A stretch of 30,216 bases of DNA from Candidatus Sumerlaeia bacterium (GTDB lineage: Bacteria > Sumerlaeota > Sumerlaeia > SLMS01). This document shows positions 1 through 8,832 of this stretch, in pieces (position 1 is the stretch's first letter; the number at the start of each line of letters is the position of its first letter). The position numbers and the translations under genes are program-made. Below the pieces are notes generated by a model that was given only the letters and a program-made list of their open reading frames with translations, did no database searches and was not told where the DNA came from. The stretch covers positions 1 through 30,216 of the forward strand of contig JBBQYG010000034.1 in the NCBI GenBank assembly GCA_038208905.1, read 5' to 3'.

Positions 1-668
1 AGTGGTGTGGGAAACGGACTCCAGTACCCAGGTATATACCCCGCCTGCAGGATGTTGCCCTGGTCGTCATGGGTTGTCAGCTTGACCGCAAACTCCTCCA
101 GCTCGCGCCACGTGCGCGGTGGGCGCTCCGGGTCCAGCCCCGCGGCGCGAAAGTGCTCCTTGTTCCAATAGAACGCCTCGTTGGCGGAGCCCGTGGGCAC
201 GGCAAACGTGCGGCCATCCCACTTCATCTCCTCCCACAACGCGGGAAAGATCGCGTCTCGGTCAAACCCGTCGCGCTCCATGAACTCGTCCAGCGGCATC
301 AGCGCGCCGCGCGTGGACCACTGGGCGACAGAGCCAAAGTACTCAAATAGATCCGGCGGAATCTTGCCCACCGCGGCCGTCAGAAACTTCTGCTCGATTT
401 CCATGAACGGCAGGCCAACGGCATTCACGTGGACTTGATCCTGCGACTCGTTGAACCACTGGGGAACCGGAGGATCCACATCCTCTGAACCGCGCACCTG
501 CCACATGGTAAGCACAGTGCGGTCGCCATGGTCGAGTCGCGGCGAACGCACGAAGAGCAACAGCCAGATACCCACAAGCACCAGCAGCCCGAGACTGGCA
601 CGATGAGAGAGGCGCAGCGCCCCCGCCCACCAGCCCGCGCGAGTCTCCTGGGTGCGGGGATTCTCCAT
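1..668 (-). CDS. ABC transporter carbohydrate solute-binding protein (family 1), N-terminal part, runs off the window edge
   Basis: Not in the ORF track; translated by hand from ATG at 668, which overlaps the upstream TGA (TGATG): MENPRTQ...LGLLVLVGIWLLLFVR...TVLTMW...PPDLF...GALMPLDEFMERDGFDRDAIFPALWEEMKWDGRTFAVP...FYWNKEHFRAAGLDPERPPRTWRELEEFAVKLT. These are typical SBP family 1 motifs, with an N-terminal hydrophobic anchor. Confidence 0.88.
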   Translation of the reverse strand, partial: MENPRTQETRAGWWAGALRLSHRASLGLLVLVGIWLLLFVRSPRLDHGDRTVLTMWQVRGSEDVDPPVPQWFNESQDQVHVNAVGLPFMEIEQKFLTAAVGKIPPDLFEYFGSVAQWSTRGALMPLDEFMERDGFDRDAIFPALWEEMKWDGRTFAVPTGSANEAFYWNKEHFRAAGLDPERPPRTWRELEEFAVKLTTHDDQGNILQAGYIPGYWSPFPTP

Positions 669-2476
669 CACGCGTCGTCCCCCGGCCACGAGCCAGCCAC
701 GCAGGCCGCGCGCGGCTTCATGGAGGCGGCCACCACCATCAATGGCCGACCCGAGGGCGAAACAAGCCGGAACGCATCGGCCGCGGCGGGAATGACGAAT
801 GTCTCCGCATAGGAATACTCCCGCGACCCGGCACCGGCGCACTCCACGCGCACCGTATCGCCCTCGACCAAGCTAAGGACAATGGCTGAGTTGAGCGTCT
901 CCACATCGATGGCATTGCCGAACTCGTAGCGGTGCACGTCATAGAAGTGGTGCGCATGGGTGGGCAGATGCACCACGCGCCATCCCTCGCCGGACTTGAT
1001 GACCGCGGGACGGGAGATCAACTCGCGCCTTGCAGATTCGCCGCGACGATCGAAGTAGAGATTGTCGAAGGCTCGCGCCACGTTCAACGGGCGCGGCTGC
1101 CCGTTCAGGTCCAGACGCATCCAATCGTACATCTTGAACGTGAAGATATACGGCGTCGCGCTGATCTCCAGCACCAGGCTGTCGATACCGGAGCAATGCA
1201 CCGTGCCGTTGGGAATAAGGAAGAGGTCGTGCTTCCGCGCGGCGTGGCGGAGCACGAAGTCATCGATGTTCACCGGCGCGCCGGTGGCGATGCTGCCCTC
1301 CAACGCCACGCGAAACTCCGCCGGTTTGATATCCTCCCGGAATCCCAGATAGACCTCCGCGCCCGGCTTGCAATCCAGGATATAGTAGGTTTCATCCTGG
1401 GTGAAGGTCTCGCCAAACTCCCGCCGTATATACTCGGGGCGCGGGTGGCACTGAACCGACAGGTTGCCGCCGGCGAAGGTGTCGAGGAAGTCGAAGCGTA
1501 TGGGAAACTCATAGCCGAAAGCCTCGGCGCAATCGCCCAGGATGGCGCGGTGCTCCTGAAACATCAGCAGGTCGAATGGGAACTCCAGCATAACGCCCTC
1601 GTGCTCCAGCAGCATGCCGTTCTCGGGCGAGATCAGCTCTAAGGACCAGGCGTAACTCGGTACATCGCCGGAGAGACCATCCACCCTTTCGCGAATCCAT
1701 TGCCCACCCCAGGGGCCGGGCTCGAACCAGGGGCGCGCGCGGAAGGGGCCGCGCGCCATGCGCGCGATCTCCCCGCGGAGGAGGGCGCCATCGATGATCC
1801 GCGGGTCGCCATGGCGCTGGCCGTCCACAAAGGCGTCGATCCGCGGCAGCAGGCGTGCCTTCTCCCTGTTGAGCACAGGCCAATCGACGAAGTAGAATCG
1901 CCTGTACTGTGCCGCGGGGTGTGGAGCGCGCTTTCCCAGCGAGCAGACAGTACCCGCGCGGCTGCGGAACTGGATCTCGTTCTTGGGTATATCTATATAG
2001 ACAAGGAAGGCCGAAGCATCCAGCAGCCCCGCGCCGGTGCCCACAACCACGACGGGCCCGGTCGCAGCGTCCACGGCGCGGCGAAGTCCTCCGGGGCGGA
2101 AGAACGCCTCCAGCGGCAGGGGGCAGCGGCGGCCAAACACGGGATCGCCTCCCCCGAGGAAGGGCTCAACCATGGCATCGAGATCCGCTTCAGGGAGGAG
2201 AAAATCGGCGGTGCGAATGATCTGCAGCCCAATGCCCTGCGTTTGTGCCTCGCGGCGGAGCGACTCGGCAACCTCGTCCCAGTCCACGCCAACGAATCCA
2301 TCCACCAGCACCACGCGATGTGGGGCCATTCGCGCCAGCAGTGAGGCATAGCCTTCCTCGATGCGGCCGCTCGCGATCGGTTGCGCCGGATAGATGTCAT
2401 AACGACCTGTCGGCGGCGCCGCGGGTCGGCGCGCGGGGATCAGGTGTTGCGTCGTTTTTCGCCGTGGGGGCGCCAT
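668..2476 (-). CDS. Class I mannose-6-phosphate isomerase-like cupin protein with N-terminal extension (602 aa)
   Basis: PWFEPGPWGGQW, FPIRFDFLDT, NLSVQCHP...QDETYYILD, LIPNGTVHCSG and VLEISATP...YDW match PMI type I cupin metal-binding motifs. Translationally coupled to both neighbours. Confidence 0.85.
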   Translation of the reverse strand: MAPPRRKTTQHLIPARRPAAPPTGRYDIYPAQPIASGRIEEGYASLLARMAPHRVVLVDGFVGVDWDEVAESLRREAQTQGIGLQIIRTADFLLPEADLDAMVEPFLGGGDPVFGRRCPLPLEAFFRPGGLRRAVDAATGPVVVVGTGAGLLDASAFLVYIDIPKNEIQFRSRAGTVCSLGKRAPHPAAQYRRFYFVDWPVLNREKARLLPRIDAFVDGQRHGDPRIIDGALLRGEIARMARGPFRARPWFEPGPWGGQWIRERVDGLSGDVPSYAWSLELISPENGMLLEHEGVMLEFPFDLLMFQEHRAILGDCAEAFGYEFPIRFDFLDTFAGGNLSVQCHPRPEYIRREFGETFTQDETYYILDCKPGAEVYLGFREDIKPAEFRVALEGSIATGAPVNIDDFVLRHAARKHDLFLIPNGTVHCSGIDSLVLEISATPYIFTFKMYDWMRLDLNGQPRPLNVARAFDNLYFDRRGESARRELISRPAVIKSGEGWRVVHLPTHAHHFYDVHRYEFGNAIDVETLNSAIVLSLVEGDTVRVECAGAGSREYSYAETFVIPAAADAFRLVSPSGRPLMVVAASMKPRAACVAGSWPGDDA

Positions 2477-3453
2477 CAGGAGTCCTTTTGCGATAGCTGT
2501 GGCGGGCGCGAAACCATGCGGGCAGCGCCGAGAAGGGCAGCCTCCTCAAACAGAGCGGAGGGACGTAAGGGAAAATCGAGACCGCCCGCGGCCATGGCGC
2601 GCGTCAGGGATGGTCCAAAGAATCGCCATGATCGCGCGACACTGCCACCAATCACGATGCCGAGGGGACGAAACGCCCGCGACCACGGGTCGAGGAACTC
2701 CGCCAGCAACTCGCCATACTGCCTGAACACCTCCAGCGCGCGCGCGTCGCCGCCGGCGGCGCGCGCCGCGATCTCCCGGGGTGACTCCGCGCGATTCCCA
2801 CCATTGGAGTTGTGCAGGGCCAGCAGCCCCCGACCAGAAAAGTGATCCTCCGCCGTGGCGCCGCGAAATGGCGCGTTGTACAGCCATCCATCGGGCGGCA
2901 CGTCGCCGCCCGTGGTTGCCACTTCTTCGCCGCGCAGGAAGGCGGACCCAAAGCCCGTGCCCAGGGTGATGCCCATGGCGTCGGGCATTCCGGCGAGCGC
3001 ACCTCGCCAGCACTCGCCCAGGAGAAAGCACTCCGCGTCATTGGCAAATTGGATGGGTACATCAGCGGCGAGCGCCAGGCGCTCGCGCACCTCTGCCCGG
3101 ATATTCCTGCCATAGAGGGACTCGTACTTGCCCAGCCCGCGAATCAGGCTGATGCCGCCGGGATAGTCAAAGGGTCCCGGCATGGCAAAGCCGACCCCAC
3201 CCAGTCGCGCGCCACCGCAGGCATCGCGCGCCTCGGCGAGTGCTCCGCACCACCGGTCCAGAATCGCCGCCGCGCTGGCGCCGCTGTCCACCGGCGCGTC
3301 GCGCCGACATCCCGGCATGGGTTCCCCGGTGGCGGCATCGATGGCGGCGCAGGAAATGTGAGTACCCCCGACATCGGCGCCCAGCACGATGCGCGATGTC
3401 GGGGGCGGGCTGACTGGTCGCCCCCCCGGAGGGAAGACTTGAACGATATGCAC
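2476..3453 (-). CDS. ROK family sugar kinase (glucokinase-like)
   Basis: LGADVGGTH phosphate-1 motif, GFAMPGPFDY, FANDAECF, GITLGTGFGS and VIGGSVA. Start moved from 3702 (which overlaps the pilin gene) to GTG 3453, downstream of AGGAGCAGGAAAG. No HTH, so a kinase rather than a repressor. Confidence 0.88.
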   Translation of the reverse strand: MHIVQVFPPGGRPVSPPPTSRIVLGADVGGTHISCAAIDAATGEPMPGCRRDAPVDSGASAAAILDRWCGALAEARDACGGARLGGVGFAMPGPFDYPGGISLIRGLGKYESLYGRNIRAEVRERLALAADVPIQFANDAECFLLGECWRGALAGMPDAMGITLGTGFGSAFLRGEEVATTGGDVPPDGWLYNAPFRGATAEDHFSGRGLLALHNSNGGNRAESPREIAARAAGGDARALEVFRQYGELLAEFLDPWSRAFRPLGIVIGGSVARSWRFFGPSLTRAMAAGGLDFPLRPSALFEEAALLGAARMVSRPPQLSQKDS

Positions 3454-3495
3454 GTGTGCTTTCCTGCTCCTGTGGGGGATGCCCCCCGGGGGCAC

Positions 3496-3509
3496 TGTGT
3501 ATGCACACA
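3496..3509. promoter_or_regulatory. Candidate operator palindrome TGTGT-ATGC-ACACA upstream of the ROK gene
   Basis: AT-rich inverted repeat in a GC-rich intergenic gap; resembles the box at 5357-5369. Confidence 0.4.
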
Positions 3510-3574
3510 TTTCACGCACTTTGTCCCGCGGCGGGGCTGGCGTGCGCGGGATTTCGTGCGTTGCGGCTTCCCGG

Positions 3575-4225
3575 CTAGAAGGTGCGGTTGCCCGGGCCTG
3601 CCACAACCACGTCGCCTTCGCTGATGGTGCCGTTGGTCGGGTCATAGATCGCCGTGGGCCCGGCTTGGAAGGCCGGCAGGAACGTGGGGAACTTGGCCGC
3701 AAAGGTGGCCTCTCCGAAGATCAGGTACTCGCCCAGATTGGACTTCTGATTGGGACCCGAGCTGGAGAGCGTCCATAGAAACGGCGTGGCGGCGGGATAG
3801 AGCGGGTCGCCCACCCGGGACGCGAGGATCAGGTCGCGCCACTGCTGCCCGAAGTAGCGATACTGGGATACCCTGTTCAGGTTGTCGGTCTTGTTGGGAA
3901 ACACGTTCGCCGGCACCGAGGTCAGATAGGCAATCGGCGTCGTCATGCGGGTCAGCGCAACGTCACCGTCGTTAACGCCAACCTTGGACTGCCAGAAGTT
4001 GCGATCCAGTGGATAGCGGTTGTTGTCAACAAAGTAGGACTCCAGCGCGGTGACCACCGTGCGCATGTCCGCGCGGGCGCGGGAAACCTTGGAGCGCGTC
4101 TGCGCCTCCAGGAAATTCGGCACGGCGATCGCCGCCAGGATGGCGATAATCGCCACGACGATCAGCAATTCGATCAGGGTAAAGCCAACCCTGCTCCTGA
4201 ATGGATACTTCATGGGCGGGGACAT
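3575..4225 (-). CDS. Prepilin-type N-terminal cleavage/methylation domain protein (GspG-like pseudopilin); start may be 4213
   Basis: G|FTLIELLIVVAIIAILAAIAVPNF class III signal with E+5; ALESYFVDNNRYP; GspG-like SSGPN; C-terminal YDPTNGTISEGD. Confidence 0.92.
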   Translation of the reverse strand: MSPPMKYPFRSRVGFTLIELLIVVAIIAILAAIAVPNFLEAQTRSKVSRARADMRTVVTALESYFVDNNRYPLDRNFWQSKVGVNDGDVALTRMTTPIAYLTSVPANVFPNKTDNLNRVSQYRYFGQQWRDLILASRVGDPLYPAATPFLWTLSSSGPNQKSNLGEYLIFGEATFAAKFPTFLPAFQAGPTAIYDPTNGTISEGDVVVAGPGNRTF

Positions 4226-4246
4226 CCTTTCGGGTCTGTGTGGAAG

Positions 4247-4289
4247 GTGCCGCCATGCCCGCGGTCTGATGACCGGGGCATGGCGGCAC
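4247..4289 (-). terminator. Strong intergenic stem-loop (partial terminator or mRNA-stabilising hairpin)
   Basis: GTGCCGCCATGCCC-g-CGGTC-tgat-GACCG-GGGCATGGCGGCAC forms a 19-bp stem with one bulge; only a weak U-tract follows on the minus strand. Confidence 0.6.
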
Positions 4290-4312
4290 GAGTTTCACTC
4301 GCTGGGCACGGT

Positions 4313-5215
4313 CTAGTACATCATCCAGTCATTGACGGAGGTGACAGCGTTGAAGGGTTGCAGGTACTGGTCGGACTGACCGGCTGCGGGCGAATTTGGA
4401 TCCTCGCGGGCGCCTTCCCAGTACAGGTTGTCGATATAGAGGCTGGCGCTGGTGGCGCCATTGACGGTCAAGCTCCAGCCATTGCCGTCCTTGCTGGCCC
4501 CGCCCGTGAAGGGGATGGTCACAGACGGAGGTGCGCTGGTGGGGACGAGGTCGGTGGCGTAGAAATACGCGCCAGCGGCGCGCGCCGGCGGCTGTGTCCG
4601 GTCGCGCGGGTCGGCTTGGGGGGTCCCCGATACGCCAAGCTGAATCGTCAGCAACTTCCACTGGCTGGCGTTGGTCAGCGTGGCGATCGTGCTGATGCCG
4701 CCATTCGGGGGCAGGGGGGAGGCCCCAGCCAGGGCCGTTGTGCTGACCACCGCATTCCCGGCGCCATCGGCATCAATCGACACGTTGAACGTATGCACGA
4801 CGCTGTTGATGGTGTTGGTGTACGTCCACGTGGCGATATTCCCCGCGGTGGCCGGGATCGGGTCCACGTTGATGGCATACTGAAAGTATATCCAGTCGCC
4901 GTGCGCCTGGCCGTCATAGCCATCCGCCACCACCACGGACTGGCTCGCGTTCAGGCGATAGCTCCCCGTCCCCTCAAACGCCTTGTTGGTGACGCGGGTA
5001 CCCGTCCGGGTCAGCAAGGTGCCGGTAAGCGTAGCCAAGCCATCCCCGTCAAAGGGATCAACGGTGCCACTGGCGGCGGAACCATTCCCCTGGGTAAAGG
5101 AAGTCACGTTCTCAAAATCCTCGTCGATCCAGACGTTGGCCTGAGAGGCGCTCGTCAGGCCGAGGACAAGCCCCAGGGCCAGCGCGAGGTGAAGCAGCTT
5201 TCCGAATGAACTCAT
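4313..5215 (-). CDS. Secreted beta-rich hypothetical protein (300 aa), possibly lectin/jelly-roll, with C-terminal TSVNDWMMY tail
   Basis: ATG 5215 follows GAGGAG; Sec signal MSSFGKLLHLALALGLVLGLTSASQA|; mature N-terminus IDEDFE and late LYIDNL are typical bookends of jelly-roll/CBM-like folds. Confidence 0.8.
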   Translation of the reverse strand: MSSFGKLLHLALALGLVLGLTSASQANVWIDEDFENVTSFTQGNGSAASGTVDPFDGDGLATLTGTLLTRTGTRVTNKAFEGTGSYRLNASQSVVVADGYDGQAHGDWIYFQYAINVDPIPATAGNIATWTYTNTINSVVHTFNVSIDADGAGNAVVSTTALAGASPLPPNGGISTIATLTNASQWKLLTIQLGVSGTPQADPRDRTQPPARAAGAYFYATDLVPTSAPPSVTIPFTGGASKDGNGWSLTVNGATSASLYIDNLYWEGAREDPNSPAAGQSDQYLQPFNAVTSVNDWMMY

Positions 5216-5356
5216 GTTGATAAACTCCTCAAGTGGATTTGGCAGGGGGTGAAGGGTTTCCCGGACTGTTCCGGCTGGACTCAGCTTCCTTCGGACTTTT
5301 GCATCCCCTGTGGGAGGTAAGATGCGGATACCACAAGGGGGCATCAGTGCCGCGAA

Positions 5357-5384
5357 GTGAATATACACACCCCGGTTTGGTCAA
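5357..5384 (-). promoter_or_regulatory. Candidate promoter/operator of the sugar locus (TTGACC followed by palindrome GTGTATATTCAC)
   Basis: Minus strand reads TTGACCAAACCGGGGTGTGTATATTCAC. The -35-like hexamer is good but its spacing to TATATT is only 13 nt. Confidence 0.35.
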
Positions 5385-6085
5385 GGCCTTTCTTGGAACG
5401 TCATACCCCCCCGCAAGCACCGCTGCCGGCGGTGGTCGGGAACCACTTCCACCTGACCAGCATCCCCGCCACCCCAGAAGCGCTCGCCGCTGGAATGTCC
5501 CCTCTAGAGTGACTCTCGAAAGTCCCTGTCGTATTCCAACGTAGCTTGGGCGTCTCGCCCGAGCCCCGTCGCCCCCACACTCGGGCAAGATGCCCACGAT
5601 ACTCTTTTACGGCGTCCTCCATCGCGACAAGACTTTCGAGAACCGCTCGAATCAAGGCAAAATGCCCAGCCGCCCCCCGCCGAAGCTCTGACCGCCAAGG
5701 CAAAGGGGCCGGTTCACTCGATGGAGCGCCAGATTGATTCGACGCTGGCTTTTCGAACCAGTCTTACAGGTACATGACGTTCACGCCGAAGGGTCTTCTG
5801 CGGGAATTCGACGAGGCGAAGCTGGTAGTGGCACGGATGCGCACGCCCCGCTACGTGCCGGGCAAAGGGCCGACTGCGCGGCACAATCCCGGCAGGCCAT
5901 CGGCCTTACAAAGGGGAAACGATGTTTACGGGAATATTCTGGCAGGACGCTTACGGCCCGCTCCGCCACGGCGCGACGGCTGTCCACGGCGACCACCCGC
6001 GCGCGGTGCCGCGCTCCGGCATCCTTTTCGTGTGGCGTTCACCCATCATATCACCCTTCCAGGCCCACCTATTCCCTCCCTCGCC

Positions 6086-8623
6086 TCACCCCAAATCCCG
6101 CCTCCCCAGCAGGAGCGAATTCCCCACGACACTGACGCTGCTGATAGCCATGGCGGCGCCGGCGAAGATGGGGGAAAGGAGGCCCATCGCGGCGTCGGGT
6201 ATCAGCACGGCGTTGTTGGCAAAGGCACAGAACAGGTTCTGGCGAATCTTGCTCTTGGTGGCGCGGCTGAGGCGGATCGCTCGTACGACGCCGAGGAGTT
6301 TGCCGGAGACAAGCGTGATGGCGCCGGTCTCCATCGCGACGTCGGTGCCCGTGCCCAGGGCGATGCCGAGGTCCGCCTGCGCCAGCGCGGGCGCATCGTT
6401 GACGCCGTCGCCGACCATGGCCACCTGGTGTCCGGACTTCTGGAGTTCCTCGATCTTGCGGGCCTTGTCCTCGGGCTTCACCTCCGCGATGACGCGGTCG
6501 CTCTTGATCCCCACGGCCTGCGCAATCGCCGCCGCGGCCCGTGCATTGTCCCCGGTTAGCAGCCACACTTCGAGCTTCTCCGTTTCCCGGAGAGCGTGGA
6601 TCGCCTCGGCGCTCGTCTCCTTCACTTTGTCCGCGATGGCGATCAGCCCGAGCAGCTTCCGCGCGCCGAGGTCGGCCACAGAGATGACGGTCTTTGCCTC
6701 CCCTTCAAGTCGCGAGGTTTCCGAGAGCGCCACCTCCGGGAAGGCGATCTCCTGGGCCATCGTGGCGTGGGGAGAACCGATGAACAGGCGCGTCCCCTCC
6801 ACGACCCCCTCGATGCCGCTGCCAGTCGTGCTCTTGAAATCGGAGAGCGGGAGCAGCTCGATCTTTCGCTCCTTCGCCGCATTGACCACCGACTTGGCGA
6901 GGGGATGCTCGCTCCCGTTTTCGGCGCTCGCCGCCAGGGCGAGGAACCGCGACTCGTCCAGTGCTCCGTAAATCCGTATCTCTGTTACGGCGGGTTTCCC
7001 TTCGGTGATCGTTCCGGTCTTGTCGAGCACGACGACGTCGATCTTGCGCGCGCGCTCGATCGCCGTCACGTCGCGGATGAGGATACCCTCCTTCGCGCCG
7101 CGCCCCGTGCCGACCATCAGCGCGGTCGGCGTCGCAAGCCCAAGCGCACATGGGCACGCGATGATCAGCACTGTCACCGCGTTCGTCAGGCCTGCGACCC
7201 AGGCGCCGCCAACAAGGCCCCAACCCAGAAGCGTCAGGAAGGCGATGACCATCACCACAGGGACAAAGACGCTGGAAATCCTGTCCGCGAGCTTCTGAAT
7301 TCCTGCCTTCCCCTCCTGCGCGCGCTCCACCATCTCCACAATGCGCGCCAGGGCGGTCTCCTTCCCAACTCGCGTCGCCCGCACGCGGAGCATTCCGCCC
7401 CCGTTGATCGTCGAACCAAACAGTGGATCCCCCGTTGCCTTCTCAACGGGCATCGATTCGCCCGTGATCATCGACTCGTCCACTGCGGACGTTCCGCCGA
7501 CGATTTCGCCGTCGGTTGGAATCTTCTCGCCCGGCCTCACGACCATGACATCGCCGACACCGATCTCCTCCGCGGGGATTGATATTTCCTTGCCGCCTCG
7601 CTCGACATGGGCGGTCTTCGCCGAGAGCTCCATCAGCGCGCGGATCGCGGCCCCGGCGCGCATCCGTGCGCTCGCCTCCAGCCACTTCCCCACCGCAACC
7701 AGCGTCAGGATCACCGCCGCGCTCTCGAAATAGACGTGCCCTCCCGCGAAGGGGCTTCCGATCCACTCGGCGATCTGGACAACCGCGGAGAGTCCATAGG
7801 CCGCGCCCACGCCGAGCGCGACGAGCGTATCCATCGTGGAGTGACCGTGAAGCGCCGCCTTCCCCGCGTTGCGGAAAAAGGGCGCCCCCAGATAGACAAC
7901 GGCGGCGGTCGCGAGGACGAACGACAGGACTTCCGAGCCGGGGAAGTGAATCCCATGCCCGCCGACGTGCCCGCTCATTTCCAGGACGACGATCGGAACC
8001 GATAGAATCGCACCCGCTATCCAGCGGCGCCTCCACCCGGCGGCATCCTGCACGTGATGGTTTTCGCCGTGGGCTTTCGAGCCGTGTTCCCCGTCCTGCC
8101 GTTGCGCCTTGTATCCCGCCTTCTCCACGGCGGCGACCGCCTGCGAGAGAACATCCGCGCGGTCTGCTCCATCGACCAGAGTGACGCTCGCGCGCTCGGT
8201 GGCAAAGTTCACCCGCGCGGCGCTGACTCCCGGCACGCCCTTGAGGGCGCGCTCAACCTTGGCAACGCATGACGCACACGTCATCGCCTCGATTCCAAGT
8301 CGCAGGTCGGCTTCCGGCAAATCGGGCTTGGTCGGGACGCTGGCTGTCGCCGCAGCACCACCCGGCGTCTCGCAAACTTCATCATTCACGCTGGCTGTAT
8401 AGTCCGTTCCTTCAAACGCCTTGGAGAGCGCCTCCTGCGTGACCGTCGCATCGGCCTCCACTACCGCTTGTTTCGCTTCGAGCGACACCTCCGCCGAGGC
8501 GACCCCCGGGATCTCCTCCAGCGTTTCCTTCACGCTTCGCACGCAGTGCCCGCACGACATTCCCCCGATGGAGAGCGTCATGGTCTGCGCCGTCGTTGGC
8601 TTGTCAGCAGTCGTATTTGCCAT
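6086..8623 (-). CDS. copA: Copper-translocating P1B-type ATPase
   Basis: Two HMA domains (GMSCGHC, AMTCASC), [45 protein letters not shown]. Confidence 0.95.
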   Translation of the reverse strand: MANTTADKPTTAQTMTLSIGGMSCGHCVRSVKETLEEIPGVASAEVSLEAKQAVVEADATVTQEALSKAFEGTDYTASVNDEVCETPGGAAATASVPTKPDLPEADLRLGIEAMTCASCVAKVERALKGVPGVSAARVNFATERASVTLVDGADRADVLSQAVAAVEKAGYKAQRQDGEHGSKAHGENHHVQDAAGWRRRWIAGAILSVPIVVLEMSGHVGGHGIHFPGSEVLSFVLATAAVVYLGAPFFRNAGKAALHGHSTMDTLVALGVGAAYGLSAVVQIAEWIGSPFAGGHVYFESAAVILTLVAVGKWLEASARMRAGAAIRALMELSAKTAHVERGGKEISIPAEEIGVGDVMVVRPGEKIPTDGEIVGGTSAVDESMITGESMPVEKATGDPLFGSTINGGGMLRVRATRVGKETALARIVEMVERAQEGKAGIQKLADRISSVFVPVVMVIAFLTLLGWGLVGGAWVAGLTNAVTVLIIACPCALGLATPTALMVGTGRGAKEGILIRDVTAIERARKIDVVVLDKTGTITEGKPAVTEIRIYGALDESRFLALAASAENGSEHPLAKSVVNAAKERKIELLPLSDFKSTTGSGIEGVVEGTRLFIGSPHATMAQEIAFPEVALSETSRLEGEAKTVISVADLGARKLLGLIAIADKVKETSAEAIHALRETEKLEVWLLTGDNARAAAAIAQAVGIKSDRVIAEVKPEDKARKIEELQKSGHQVAMVGDGVNDAPALAQADLGIALGTGTDVAMETGAITLVSGKLLGVVRAIRLSRATKSKIRQNLFCAFANNAVLIPDAAMGLLSPIFAGAAMAISSVSVVGNSLLLGRRDLG

Positions 8624-8832
8624 TATGCAATGGTCGCCCGAAAGCCCTTCTTCTCCACCGCCGACGTCAGAAGCGCGAGGTCAACCGGCTGCGAAGCATC
8701 CACCTCCGCCCGCCCCTCGGCGAGCGACACCCGCACGTCCACCACCCCCGGCACCCCCATCAGCGCCTTGGTCACGCTGTTCGCGCAACCACCACACGTC
8801 ATCCCATCGATTTTCAGCGGCTGCGTCGTCAC
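8623..8832 (-). CDS. copZ: Copper chaperone, single HMA domain
   Basis: GMTCGGC motif; GTG 8832 lies 7 nt after AGGAGG (the ORF track starts at 8838); stop overlaps the copA start (TAATG). Confidence 0.9.
   Translation of the reverse strand: MTTQPLKIDGMTCGGCANSVTKALMGVPGVVDVRVSLAEGRAEVDASQPVDLALLTSAVEKKGFRATIA

Noticed and set aside
3454-3702. N-terminal extension of the ROK ORF
   Set aside because: Overlaps the pilin gene and the putative operator; a better RBS and start lie at 3453.
5722-5742. TGGAGCG...GATTCGA resembling the tRNA-Gly 3' end (possible att site bounding a copA/giant-gene island)
   Set aside because: Only two 7-nt blocks match, with different spacing; there is no integrase and no clear compositional shift.
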